From Acidilobaceae archaeon (GTDB lineage: Archaea; Thermoproteota; Thermoprotei_A; Sulfolobales; Acidilobaceae): a DNA stretch of 64,000 nt. The stretch lies in assembly GCA_025058835.1 (NCBI GenBank), contig JANXEI010000001.1:42311-106310 (forward strand). Direction: 5' to 3'. How positions within the stretch are numbered: position 1 is the stretch's first letter; every line of letters begins with the position of its first letter. The position numbers were made by a program, and so were the translations under genes. Positions 1-9,208 of the stretch are shown piece after piece. The notes under the pieces are model-generated. The model saw only the letters and a list, made by a program, of their open reading frames with translations, ran no database searches and was not told where the DNA came from.

Positions 1-1
1 C

Positions 2-457
2 CTCGAGCCTGAGGCTCTGGATGTGTCCACAGTATACCGCGGCGTGAGGATGCAAGGAGCTAGCCCAGCCTCTAAGTTCCTCCAGGTGGAGCTCATAGAG
101 AAGGCGGCAACGAAGACCATCTTCTTCGAGAACGACGTCCTTCTAGGGAGGCACATAAGGGTAGGGGACGGGAGCAGGATAGACAACTCTGTCATAGACA
201 ACTACACTGTGCTGGAGGAGAACGTGACGGTGAGGGGGAGCGTGGTCATGGACAGGTGCTACATCAGCTCGAGGGCCTCAGTGGAGAACAGCATAATCGG
301 CAGGCACTCGAGGATAGGCAGCGGCGCTCGGGTAGTGAGCAGCTACCTCGGCGATAACGTTACTGTGGAGGAGGAGGCGCAGCTATACGACTGCAAGGTC
401 TGGCCTCACAGGGTAGTCAAGAGAGGTCAGGTGTGCAAGGGAGAGACCATTATCTGA
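2..457 (+). CDS. C-terminal fragment of a sugar-phosphate nucleotidyltransferase (left-handed beta-helix / hexapeptide-repeat domain); the 5' end lies outside the window
   Basis: The frame is open from base 2. It shows a repeated hexapeptide-like pattern (IGRHSRIGSGARVVSSYLGDNVTV) and ends at stop TGA 455-457. Confidence 0.6.
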   Translation, partial: LEPEALDVSTVYRGVRMQGASPASKFLQVELIEKAATKTIFFENDVLLGRHIRVGDGSRIDNSVIDNYTVLEENVTVRGSVVMDRCYISSRASVENSIIGRHSRIGSGARVVSSYLGDNVTVEEEAQLYDCKVWPHRVVKRGQVCKGETII

Positions 458-2333
458 AGGGGAGGCCCTCCCCCTTCCCCCTCTGCCCCCTGAACACGCT
501 CGAGCTCCCCGGCAGCTTGTCCGCTATCTCCTCCGTCCTCACCGCCATTGCTATGTGCTTCCCCTCTATGACCTCCGCTATCCGCTCCCTTGCTTTGGCC
601 GCTGCCTCCTCTATCTTCATGTCTCCAGGGACGACGACAACGTAGGCCAAGCTCAAGCGCTTCACCACCCCCTCGGGCCCTGCGATCGCGAGCGGGTTCC
701 CCTCCTCGTCCAGCGCTATGCCTATCGCAAGCTGGAGCCTAACCCCTCTGATGTAGTTCTTCTCGCCATAGATCATGAAGGCTCCCGTCTTGAGGTACTC
801 CCCTGCCGGCGGGCTCTTGGAGACCTGCGCTCCCCTTACCCAATACACGTCTATGCTGGCCAGCCCCACCTTCCAGGCCTTGCTGTAACATGCAGCCAGG
901 GTGGCTGCATCCAAGAGGTCCTCCTCCCTCTCCTCGCCCTTGCTCATGAGCACCACCGCAGACCCTCCCTGTATGTCCGCGTGGAGGAACGCGTCCTTCT
1001 CCCCGAGCAACTTCTTCACGACGCTCTCGTTCTGACTCGCGTCCCTGCCCCCCACGGCTAGGAAGCCGTTGGTCGTGTAGCTCCACCTGTACTTCTCGAA
1101 CCACTGCACCTTCCTGCTCCTTGCCCTCGCAGCGAGCTCCCGCGCCCTTACCTTGAGCTCGAGCTCCTCCATCCCCCTCAGCGCTTCCCCTATTGCCTCC
1201 CTGGCCCTCCTCGCCTTCCCCTCCAGCTCCCCTGCCTGCCTGTAGAGCCTCACGAGCACCTCCTGCGCCTCCTCTCCCCTGAGGACCCTGAAGGAGAGGT
1301 CTCCCAAGCTTACCTCCAGCGACCCATCTGGGAGCAGCCTTGTCCCCTCGCAAGCCTCCCTCCGCCTAGAGCACTCCACCGCCCTCTCGAGCAGCTCGTA
1401 GTTTGCTGCGAGCCTTGTTGCCAGCTCCCTCAGCCTCCCTGCCTCCTCCAGGTAGGACCTCTCTAACTCCTGCGCTCTCCTGAGGCTCTCCTCCAGCTTC
1501 CTCCTCTCTGCCTCGAGCGCCTCGTCCCTCTGGACCTGCTGGGAGAAGAGCTCGTCGAGGGCCTCGTCGAAGGTGGTCCTCTCCGCTGCCTCGCCCCGAG
1601 TGGGCCTGAAGGGGGTAGCCTCTACTGGCTTTCCCTCCTTCAGCAGCACGTAACCTTTGCCCGTCAGCGACTCCTCGTATACCTTCGCTAGCTCCTCCCT
1701 CAGCCTGGAGAGCTCAGCCCCCCCTACAGAGCTCGGCGCCCTCTCGCCAGGGATGCCCGCCCTGTGGAGGACCTCTTCCGCCACCTCCCCTGCGAGCCCA
1801 AGGCCCCTCACGAGGCCCCTCACAAGATCCTTGCCCGTGCCTACCCTCTTCCCTATCTCCTCTATGCCCAGAGAGAACGGGTTCAGCTGCTGGAGCGGAG
1901 GGGGCCTGTACTCCTCTCCCGGCCTTATGCTCCTGTCCCTAAGGGTCGCGTAGCTGCTAGCCGCCAAGATCTTCCCTCCCCTCGTGAGCACCAGGAAGCC
2001 GCGGGGGAGCAGCTCCACGTACAATGAGTACTCGCCGAGGCTCACCTTCAGAACCCTGTCAAAGCCCAACTGCTCCAGCGCAACTATCTTCTCGTCCCTC
2101 AAGTGCTGCTTCAGCGCCGCCCCCACTCCCCTGGAGGCGACCTCGAGCGCTGCAGTTCTAGAGGTGATGTGAGCCCTCCTCCCCGCCTCGAGCAGGAGGG
2201 CCCCTCCTCCCCGGAGCTTCAGCACTACGGCCTCTCCTGCCACGTATACGTTGTCCACCCGCTGGCCGAGGAGGTCTTGATGGTTCCTGACCCATATATG
2301 GAGGTCCAGGGAGCTCATGGACTCCCTTGCCAT
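450..2333 (-). CDS. NFACT-family RNA-binding protein (Rqc2/FbpA-like, with C-terminal DUF814-like module)
   Basis: 627 aa with an N-terminal NFACT-like region, a central coiled coil and a C-terminal FLHADIQGGSAVVL-type motif. Confidence 0.7.
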   Translation of the reverse strand: MARESMSSLDLHIWVRNHQDLLGQRVDNVYVAGEAVVLKLRGGGALLLEAGRRAHITSRTAALEVASRGVGAALKQHLRDEKIVALEQLGFDRVLKVSLGEYSLYVELLPRGFLVLTRGGKILAASSYATLRDRSIRPGEEYRPPPLQQLNPFSLGIEEIGKRVGTGKDLVRGLVRGLGLAGEVAEEVLHRAGIPGERAPSSVGGAELSRLREELAKVYEESLTGKGYVLLKEGKPVEATPFRPTRGEAAERTTFDEALDELFSQQVQRDEALEAERRKLEESLRRAQELERSYLEEAGRLRELATRLAANYELLERAVECSRRREACEGTRLLPDGSLEVSLGDLSFRVLRGEEAQEVLVRLYRQAGELEGKARRAREAIGEALRGMEELELKVRARELAARARSRKVQWFEKYRWSYTTNGFLAVGGRDASQNESVVKKLLGEKDAFLHADIQGGSAVVLMSKGEEREEDLLDAATLAACYSKAWKVGLASIDVYWVRGAQVSKSPPAGEYLKTGAFMIYGEKNYIRGVRLQLAIGIALDEEGNPLAIAGPEGVVKRLSLAYVVVVPGDMKIEEAAAKARERIAEVIEGKHIAMAVRTEEIADKLPGSSSVFRGQRGKGEGLPFR

Positions 2334-3496
2334 TCAGCCCACCGCGAGAAGGCCTCCTGGTGCTCCCTCAGTATTCGAGAAGCGCTGTACCCATTTCCGT
2401 AGAGCTCGAGGGCCTCGCCTATTGTCTCCTCTATCATCTTCAGCAAGCTCTCCCTATCGTGACCCCCCTCTACCAGCCTCCCCTCCCTCACTGCCGCCTC
2501 TCCGTTCACCACCACGAGGCGCGGGGAGGCCCTGCCTCTCAGCACCTCCTCTAGGCTCTCGTCATAAGCCACATAATCGCCGTCGTGAGGTACGTTGTAG
2601 AGGCGGTAACCGCCTACTGTAGCGCTTCTCAGGATGAGGAGCGGGGAGTCGCGGTACGCCTTGATCATGAGGGGGAGGTGCACGGGCGTGGTGCCTATGA
2701 GCAGGGGCCAATCGCTCCCGAAGGCTGAGATGCCAGAGAGGTCCCTTCGCGTTCTGCCGTATAGCATGACGTTCGTTGCCGGGCAAGCTACGCAGCTCAG
2801 CCCCAGGGAGCTCATGTCGTCGTCTATGCAGTGGACGGGCACGATCCGGAGGGAGTAGGGCGGGTTGCCAAATATCGCCCTGAACCTCTCCCCCTCTGAG
2901 ACGCCCTCCCCCAGGTGGAGCCCCAGCACCGCGCCGCTCCTCGCAGCTATCCTTATTGCTTCCCTCACCGTGCTCTCCCCTGCCAGCCTCAGGCTGTGGA
3001 CAAAGATGCCCATCCTTGCCAGCCCGTCGCTCACGAGGTAGGAGGCCCTGGCGTAGTCCTCCCTCACCTCCTCCAGCGTCCAGCCTGCCCTGTCCATTAC
3101 CGTGGGGAGGAGCACAGCTCGAGGCCTCCGTCGCAGGGAGAGGAGAGCCTTTACGTTGGCCAGGAGCCTGCCGGTGAGGGCCATGAGGGTCGTCCCCTCC
3201 AGGAGCCCCCTGAGGAGGGAGAGGGTCGCCAGCCTCTGCGAGATCGAGAGATCCCTCCTCACCCTTGCCTCATCCACTGCCAGCTCCCTCCTCTCGAGCC
3301 AATCATATGAATCTCTCCAGAGCCTCCCGTCCCTCAGCCCCCCGTCCACCACCTGGGGGTGGGCATGGCCGTCGCTGAAGCCGGGGACGATGAGGGTCTC
3401 GTAATACGCGTCTTCCGCGGAGGGCATTCTGAAGTTCTCCACTAGCTTGCCGTGGACTACGGCTACTCCCGCCTCCAGGAGGCCCATAGGGTCCAC
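2315..3496 (-). CDS. Amidohydrolase-family metal-dependent hydrolase
   Basis: 393 aa with the N-terminal metal-binding signature PGFSDGHAHP and later His/Asp positions typical of the TIM-barrel amidohydrolase fold. Confidence 0.6.
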   Translation of the reverse strand: MDPMGLLEAGVAVVHGKLVENFRMPSAEDAYYETLIVPGFSDGHAHPQVVDGGLRDGRLWRDSYDWLERRELAVDEARVRRDLSISQRLATLSLLRGLLEGTTLMALTGRLLANVKALLSLRRRPRAVLLPTVMDRAGWTLEEVREDYARASYLVSDGLARMGIFVHSLRLAGESTVREAIRIAARSGAVLGLHLGEGVSEGERFRAIFGNPPYSLRIVPVHCIDDDMSSLGLSCVACPATNVMLYGRTRRDLSGISAFGSDWPLLIGTTPVHLPLMIKAYRDSPLLILRSATVGGYRLYNVPHDGDYVAYDESLEEVLRGRASPRLVVVNGEAAVREGRLVEGGHDRESLLKMIEETIGEALELYGNGYSASRILREHQEAFSRWAEWQGSP

Positions 3497-3543
3497 GCTC
3501 TAGCTTTGCTTAGAGGAAGGTTCCCGAAACTTAAAAAGGGGAG

Positions 3544-3711
3544 CTAGTTCTTTTTCTCCTCCTTCTCCTCACCGCTTAGAGACTTCCTGAACTCTCTCAT
3601 GGACTCTCCGAGGGCTCTAGCTAGCTGGGGGAGGCGGGAGGCTCCGAACAGTATGAGGATGATCAACAGTATAATCAGGAGCTCTCCGCTCGTGAAGGGG
3701 CCGAACACCAT
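3544..3711 (-). CDS. tatA: Twin-arginine translocase subunit TatA/E (55 aa; below the ORF-track size cutoff)
   Basis: Hand translation gives [55 protein letters not shown]. This is a single TM followed by FG..LP...G...EFRK, the TatA signature. ATG at 3711-3709, TAG at 3546-3544, AT-rich promoter-like sequence upstream. Confidence 0.75.
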   Translation of the reverse strand: MVFGPFTSGELLIILLIILILFGASRLPQLARALGESMREFRKSLSGEEKEEKKN

Positions 3712-3750
3712 ATCTCGTTCCCTGCATATATTGCAGCGAAAAGTTAATAT

Positions 3751-4452
3751 TTACGCGCTTATTCCGATGGCTCTCGCCACGTCCTCTCTCGAAAGCGCTC
3801 CCTCCACGCTACCCTCGTATATGACCTCTCCCCTTTCTATAACGTATACCCTATCTGCCAGGGCCTTCGCCAGGACCGCGTTTGACTCTGCTGCCAGCAC
3901 CCCAACCCCTTCCTTGGCCACCCTCCTCACGACCGTGCTAAGCCTTTGAGCAACCACGGGCGCTAGTCCCTCTAGCAGCTCGTCGAGGAGAAGATACTTG
4001 GGCCTCTGTACTAGAGCTCTAGCCACTGCGACCATCCTCTTCTCCCCTCCGCTCAGATAGAAGCCCTTTCTGTCGAGGAGCTTCTCTAGCTCTGGGAAGG
4101 TAGAGAGCGCTATTTCCATCGCCTCCTTCTCATCGCGACCAGCAACCTTTGCGGCGAGCAGAATGTTCTCCCGTGCCGAGAGCCAAGGGTAGACCCTTAG
4201 GTCCTCTGGCGTATACCCTATCCCTAGCCTTGCCCTCTCGTGAACTGGGAGGAACGTTATGTCTCTCCCCTCCAGCTCTACCCTCCCCTCTTGGGGGGAG
4301 TAAAAGCCAACTACGGTTTTCAGGGTGGTGGTCTTACCGGCGCCGTTTCTTCCCAGAAGGCACACGACCTCGCCTTTCATCACCTGGAGGCTGACGCCTC
4401 TCAGCACCTCTATGCCTTTCAGGTATACCCTGAGGCCCTTTGCGCTAAGCAT
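3751..4452 (-). CDS. livF: Branched-chain amino acid ABC transporter ATP-binding protein (LivF type)
   Basis: Walker A GRNGAGKTT, signature LSGGEKRM, Walker B LLLDE. Start chosen at MLSAKG (ATG 4452), just after the livG stop. Confidence 0.85.
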   Translation of the reverse strand: MLSAKGLRVYLKGIEVLRGVSLQVMKGEVVCLLGRNGAGKTTTLKTVVGFYSPQEGRVELEGRDITFLPVHERARLGIGYTPEDLRVYPWLSARENILLAAKVAGRDEKEAMEIALSTFPELEKLLDRKGFYLSGGEKRMVAVARALVQRPKYLLLDELLEGLAPVVAQRLSTVVRRVAKEGVGVLAAESNAVLAKALADRVYVIERGEVIYEGSVEGALSREDVARAIGISA

Positions 4453-5203
4453 AGATGCCACCCAGCAGCACACTCCTCACGTCCTCCCTGCTCCTTACCT
4501 TCTCGGGGTCGCCGTCTGCTATGAGCTTCCCGTGGTGGAGCACCAGGACCCTCTCCGCGTAGTTGAAGACGACGTCCATGTCGTGCTCCACTATTATGGT
4601 CGCGGCGCCGTAGGACTCGACAGCTGCCAAGATCCTCTCCATTATGGCGAACTTGTCCCTCGTGGCCACGCCGCTTGTGGGCTCGTCCAACAACAGCAGC
4701 CTAGGCCTCAGCGCCAGAGCCATGGCTACGTCCAGAACCTTCCTATCTCCCTGGGAGAGCTCAGTGGGAAGCATGTCCAGGCTCCCCTCTAGTCCAAAGG
4801 CCTTCGCCACCTCCGCTGCCTCCTCGAGCACCTCCCTGTGAGAGCGGAGAGGAGGGAAGGGCTTGAGGGTTATCCCCTTTCGAGAGGCCACCGACATGGC
4901 CAAGTTCTCCTCGACCGTGAGGTTCCAGAATACGTTCACGAGCTGGAAGCTCCTCGCTATGCCCAACCTTGACCTCTCCCTCATGTCGAGGCCGCTTACG
5001 TTCTTCCCCCTGAAGATCACTGCCCCTGAGTCGGGCCGGAGGTAACCGCTGATGAGGTTCACCAGCGTAGTTTTCCCCGCACCGTTAGGGCCTATGAGGA
5101 AGACTCTCCTCTCCGCGTCTATGGCAAAGGAGACTCCGTCTATCGCGCGCACGCCGCCAAAGCTCTTCCTAAGCTCCTTTATCTCCAGCAGCACCTCCCT
5201 CAC
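4445..5203 (-). CDS. livG: Branched-chain amino acid ABC transporter ATP-binding protein (LivG type)
   Basis: Walker A GPNGAGKTT, LSQGDRK signature, LLLLDEP Walker B and a LivG-type C-terminal extension. Confidence 0.85.
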   Translation of the reverse strand: MREVLLEIKELRKSFGGVRAIDGVSFAIDAERRVFLIGPNGAGKTTLVNLISGYLRPDSGAVIFRGKNVSGLDMRERSRLGIARSFQLVNVFWNLTVEENLAMSVASRKGITLKPFPPLRSHREVLEEAAEVAKAFGLEGSLDMLPTELSQGDRKVLDVAMALALRPRLLLLDEPTSGVATRDKFAIMERILAAVESYGAATIIVEHDMDVVFNYAERVLVLHHGKLIADGDPEKVRSREDVRSVLLGGIYA

Positions 5204-6189
5204 CTCAGGCCAAAAGGTAGCTTCGTGAGGCTCCTGAAGGCCCTCCTCCTAGTCAAGCCCAATATCCCTTCTGGCATGAGGACCATGATGAGCACTATCA
5301 TGAGCCCCATCACTAGGAACCAATGGATAGTGATCATCTGGGCTATCGTTTCCAAGTAGGTGTACACGAGGGCGCCAAGTATGGGGCCCAGGAAGTGGCC
5401 GGCGCCGCCGAGGATGGTCATGAACACTATCTTGCCCGAGAAGGTCCAGTAGGCGAGGTCGGGGGTCACGAGCCTGTTAAGGGGCGCATAGAGGGCTCCA
5501 GCTATCCCAACATACGTTGCAGAGATCGCGAGAGCTATCAGCTTGTACCTCCAGCTCTCCACGCCCAGCGACCGGGCCCTGTCTTCAGAATCCCTAATGG
5601 CCCTCAGCGTGTAGCCAAAGGGGGAGTTAACTATGTACCACATGGCTAATGCTAGGATCACGAACCACAGCAGGCTATAGTAGTGGTAGACGAGGTTGAA
5701 GGCGTGATAGGAGAGAGGGGCGGTGTCGTAGATGAGGAGCAGCAGGGGCTTGGGGGCCCTAACGCCGTCCGTGCCTCCCGTTATGGAGTAGAACTTCACG
5801 TAGAACCCCCAAGTTATCTGACCTACCACGAGCATGAGGATGGCGAAGAAGATCCCTCTGTACCTCACCGCTACCGAGCCCACGAGGAAGGCGAAGAGGG
5901 CAGAGAGGAGGGCGGCAATGAGCAGGTGCAGCTCGAGGGACTTTAGCCCGAAGTACTTGGCAGAGAGGCCCACCGTGTAGGCCCCTATGCCGAAGAAGGC
6001 TGCATGGCCGAAGCTCAGCAGGCCCACGTGGTGGAACAGGAGGTTAAAGCCGAGGGCAGCTATGGCGAGCACGGTGCCGTAAGTAAGCATTATCTCCCAG
6101 CCTGGCCTAAGGAAGGAAACGATGGGGTAGAGGAGCGCCACCGCTACTGCTATGCCCACTATAACCCAGGGACCCCCTTCCCTTACCAC
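5200..6189 (-). CDS. livM: Branched-chain amino acid ABC transporter permease (LivM type)
   Basis: 329-aa polytopic membrane protein with a NLLFHHVGLLSFGHAAFFGIGAY motif; 4-nt overlap with livG. Confidence 0.8.
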   Translation of the reverse strand: MVREGGPWVIVGIAVAVALLYPIVSFLRPGWEIMLTYGTVLAIAALGFNLLFHHVGLLSFGHAAFFGIGAYTVGLSAKYFGLKSLELHLLIAALLSALFAFLVGSVAVRYRGIFFAILMLVVGQITWGFYVKFYSITGGTDGVRAPKPLLLLIYDTAPLSYHAFNLVYHYYSLLWFVILALAMWYIVNSPFGYTLRAIRDSEDRARSLGVESWRYKLIALAISATYVGIAGALYAPLNRLVTPDLAYWTFSGKIVFMTILGGAGHFLGPILGALVYTYLETIAQMITIHWFLVMGLMIVLIMVLMPEGILGLTRRRAFRSLTKLPFGLR

Positions 6190-7079
6190 CCCTTCCCACC
6201 TCCTATGCCCTCAGGCCTGAGGAGTAGCACGAGGAGGGCCACGGCAAAGAGGATCACGAGCTCCAGCTCTGGGAAGAAGTAGACCGAGAGGGTCCTGAAG
6301 AGGCTCACGAGGAGGGCCCCTATGGCAGAGCCTATGAAGCTCCCCATGCCCCCTATGACGAGTCCCACAAAGGCCACTATGAGCACCTCTGAGGAGAGGC
6401 CGGGCATGGCTGAGGCTATGGGCAAGTAGAGCGCCCCGCCGAGGCCTGCGAGAAGAGAGGCTAGGACTACCGCAATTATCACGAACCTCATGACGTTTAC
6501 CCCTAAGGCGGAGGTCATCTCAGGATCCATAGAAATTGCCCTGAGCGTTAGGCCGAAGAGGCTCCTATAAGTGATCAGCCAGAAGAGAAGGGCAAGGAGG
6601 GCCGCGAAGGCTATTACGTAGATCTTGTAGAGAGGATAAGGGGAGCCGAAGATCTGGACGCTGCCCATCTCGACGAAGGCGTCCCCTGCCTGCTGCGGCG
6701 CCCTTCCCCAGATTATTAGGAAGAGCTCCTCGAAGATCATGAAGAGGCCGAAGGTGACTATTAGCTGGAAAGCGTCCCCTTTCCCGTAAGAGTACCTCAG
6801 GATGGGCACGACGAGTAGGAGTGAAACTATAGCTGTTATCACTGCAGCCACGATGAGGGGGAAGACGAGGAGGGCGAGAAGGCTCTCGAAGCGCGCCGCC
6901 ACAAAGCTGGCTGTGAACCAGGCCGTGACGTAGGCCCCCAGCGTGAAGAGGGAGGCGTGAGCTAGGTTAACGATGCGGAGGACCCCGTAGACTATGTTCA
7001 GTCCTGCCACCACGAGGAAGAGGAGGGAGGCAAAAAAGAGGGTATCAAGTAAGTAGCGGGCTATGGTATCGAGGCTCAA
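6183..7079 (-). CDS. livH: Branched-chain amino acid ABC transporter permease (LivH type)
   Basis: 298-aa polytopic membrane protein with NLAHASLFTLGAY and a LivH-like C-terminus (LLLRPEGI); overlaps livM. Confidence 0.8.
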   Translation of the reverse strand: MSLDTIARYLLDTLFFASLLFLVVAGLNIVYGVLRIVNLAHASLFTLGAYVTAWFTASFVAARFESLLALLVFPLIVAAVITAIVSLLLVVPILRYSYGKGDAFQLIVTFGLFMIFEELFLIIWGRAPQQAGDAFVEMGSVQIFGSPYPLYKIYVIAFAALLALLFWLITYRSLFGLTLRAISMDPEMTSALGVNVMRFVIIAVVLASLLAGLGGALYLPIASAMPGLSSEVLIVAFVGLVIGGMGSFIGSAIGALLVSLFRTLSVYFFPELELVILFAVALLVLLLRPEGIGGGKGW

Positions 7080-7088
7080 CCTACCTCA

Positions 7089-8504
7089 CTATATGGGCAG
7101 CTGACCCTCCTTCCAGGTCTCCCTTATCCAGTTGTATGCCATCGTGGGCTCAGCAGAACCCTCCCACCCCTCGGGCACAGTTATCCTCTCTATGGGTATC
7201 CTTATGGGATCTGCCAGGACGTTGAAGCCGAGCCTCCTGTCCACTCTGCTTATACCAACTATGGCGTTCTTGTAGCCCTGGTGCTTGTTAGGCCTCCTCG
7301 CCCTTATCGTCAATATGCCTGCAGGGCCATATATGGCTCTTCCCTCCACGAACTTGATCAGCTCATCTGCCTCCGGCCACTTGCCCAGGGCAGCATAGGC
7401 AGCCTCCACTGCGGCCTTGTATAGGTAGACAGCAGTGTATGCGCCCTCGCTGCCGTTAGTGGGAAACTCGCCGTACTTCTGGTTGTACCTCGTGACGAAC
7501 TGGCGGTTTATGGGGAAGCTCTCGTGCTCAGGATAAAGGAAGTAGTAGTTGGCGTGAACGCCTGCCACGAAGCCCTCCGGGTAATCTGCCCCCACCAGGT
7601 GGGGCGCTATGCCGTGACTGATAGTCGAAGCCATCTTTGCGGTCTTGAAGAGGCCGTAGGCGAGGGCTTGCTTGTAGAAGTTTATGAAGTCAGCTGCCCA
7701 GAGGGAGGAGGCTATTATGTCTGCCTTGCTCTCTATCATCCTCGTTATAATTGCTCCGAAGTCTGTGACCGCGAAGAGCCTCGGCCAGAACTCGCCCACT
7801 ACCTCCACCCTGTCCTTCCCGAGCACCTTCTCGAAGACTATTTGCATGTGAGCTTGGGCGTTCCTGCCATATGCATAGTCAGGATGGATGTGGGCTATCC
7901 TCACCTTGTCCTTCTCTAGCAAGTTAAGGAACTTTATGGCCCCTACGGCAGCGGCTATGCCGTCAGCAGACTGGATGTTGGTGATCCTGAAGGAGAACTT
8001 TGGGTCAGGCACGCTCTTCTCGAAGAGCAGGTCGGTGCAACCATCTACGAAGAAGGACGGTATGCCTGCTTCCTCTGCTACCGGCGCTACCGCGGGAGTG
8101 TTGCCAGAGCTAATGAGGCCTACATATGCCTCCATTCCCTCGCCTATCATTGCCTTGTACTCCCTTACCGTCTCGTCGGGGGAGGTCTCGTCCTTTACTA
8201 TGGGCTCTATCTTCCTCCCGAGTATCCCTCCTGCGGCGTTGATCTCTTCTATTGCCAGCATGGCGCCCTTGAAGGTGGGGTCCCCCCACGGAGCCCCGCC
8301 GCCCTTTGTCATGAACTGCACGCCCATCTTGATGGGCTTGGCAGGCACGGGCTCCTTCACGGGCGTGGGCTGCTGCCCCAGATCTCTCCTCAACCAGTCT
8401 GGGGCAGCAATGTAGATCCCGAGCGCTGTAGCAGCGCTCCCCAATAGAACGCCTCCGATCAAGCCCCTTATAAAATCTCTGCGCGAAAGTTGCAAGGAGC
8501 CCAC
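7089..8504 (-). CDS. Liv-type (type I periplasmic-binding fold) substrate-binding protein with a twin-arginine signal peptide
   Basis: The N-terminus contains SRRDFIRGLIGGVLLGSAATALG (Tat consensus S/T-R-R-x-F-L-K plus an h-region). The body has LivJ/K-like motifs (GAMLAIEEINAAGGILGRKIE). It is the first gene of the liv operon. Confidence 0.8.
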   Translation of the reverse strand: MGSLQLSRRDFIRGLIGGVLLGSAATALGIYIAAPDWLRRDLGQQPTPVKEPVPAKPIKMGVQFMTKGGGAPWGDPTFKGAMLAIEEINAAGGILGRKIEPIVKDETSPDETVREYKAMIGEGMEAYVGLISSGNTPAVAPVAEEAGIPSFFVDGCTDLLFEKSVPDPKFSFRITNIQSADGIAAAVGAIKFLNLLEKDKVRIAHIHPDYAYGRNAQAHMQIVFEKVLGKDRVEVVGEFWPRLFAVTDFGAIITRMIESKADIIASSLWAADFINFYKQALAYGLFKTAKMASTISHGIAPHLVGADYPEGFVAGVHANYYFLYPEHESFPINRQFVTRYNQKYGEFPTNGSEGAYTAVYLYKAAVEAAYAALGKWPEADELIKFVEGRAIYGPAGILTIRARRPNKHQGYKNAIVGISRVDRRLGFNVLADPIRIPIERITVPEGWEGSAEPTMAYNWIRETWKEGQLPI

Positions 8505-8547
8505 CGTCGACCTACTAAACCCGAAGAAAAGTTAAATAGTACGCTAC

Positions 8548-9042
8548 TTACGAGGGAGGCTTGACCCTCTCCAAGATCTGGTAGTTCTTCGGCCAGGGGG
8601 AGAGGGTGTACTTCTTCACCCACTCCTTCTTCAACGAGCCGTCCAGGATCGCCTCCCTTGCCGTCTGGATCATCCTGTTCAGCATCTCCTTAGGTATTCT
8701 GCCCTCTGCGGCAGCAGGGCACTCCATGTCGAGCACAATTATGAACTCCTCCCTCTCGAAGTCATAGTATACCATAACGGGCCAGAGCCTGCAGTCGAAG
8801 GGCCTCCTATCGTAAACGCCACAGAAGCCGTTCTCCAAGAGGAAGGGACAGGTCCTCCCCCTAGGTCCTCCGAGAGTCTTCAGCCTCCCTAGCCTGGTCT
8901 TCACTATGCTTGCTTTGCCGTCGAACTCGCTCTCCTCCTCCTCTAGCAGCACTGCGTAGAACCTCTTGCAGCAGTTCACAGGGCAGTTCCTACACACTTC
9001 GCCGAAGTTGACGAAGCTCAGCCTCTGTGCCAGCTTCCCCAT
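8548..9042 (-). CDS. YkgJ/UPF0153-type cysteine-cluster (CxxCxxCC) protein
   Basis: Contains CRNCPVNCCKRF near the N-terminus plus further conserved Cys residues. Confidence 0.55.
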   Translation of the reverse strand: MGKLAQRLSFVNFGEVCRNCPVNCCKRFYAVLLEEEESEFDGKASIVKTRLGRLKTLGGPRGRTCPFLLENGFCGVYDRRPFDCRLWPVMVYYDFEREEFIIVLDMECPAAAEGRIPKEMLNRMIQTAREAILDGSLKKEWVKKYTLSPWPKNYQILERVKPPS

Positions 9043-9208
9043 ATCTCCCAGCTCACGTTAAGCTTTAGTTCGATGTGAGGTATAAGGCATAGTAAACTAG
9101 TATGATATAACGAAAAGCTGCCTGTGAAACTCCCCATCAACGTCTCGTGAAAGGTAACGGGATCTGATTTACAAAAGTGCCCAAGTTCATTTATCAGCTA
9201 CTACCATA

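Noticed and set aside
739-1353. This 204-aa ORF is rich in G/R/E and lies on the same strand but out of frame with the NFACT gene. Many similar ORFs occur (e.g. 9201..9914, 17757..18179, 23251..23934, 24718..25320, 39967..40896, 53845..54198).
   Set aside because: They are fully embedded in, or antisense to, genes with clear family motifs. They have low-complexity Gly/Arg/Pro/Ala/Ser composition typical of alternate frames of GC-rich coding DNA, and they have no motifs of their own.
9043-9208. This AT-rich 166-nt spacer contains TATGATA ... CTGT ... GTGAAAG ... CTGA. I considered it as a C/D-box sRNA.
   Set aside because: The box matches are poor, and spacer lengths do not fit the 12-nt guide rule (total C-to-D distance ~68 nt). 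The region more simply holds the promoter of the YkgJ-like gene and the 3' flank of the Dph6-like gene.
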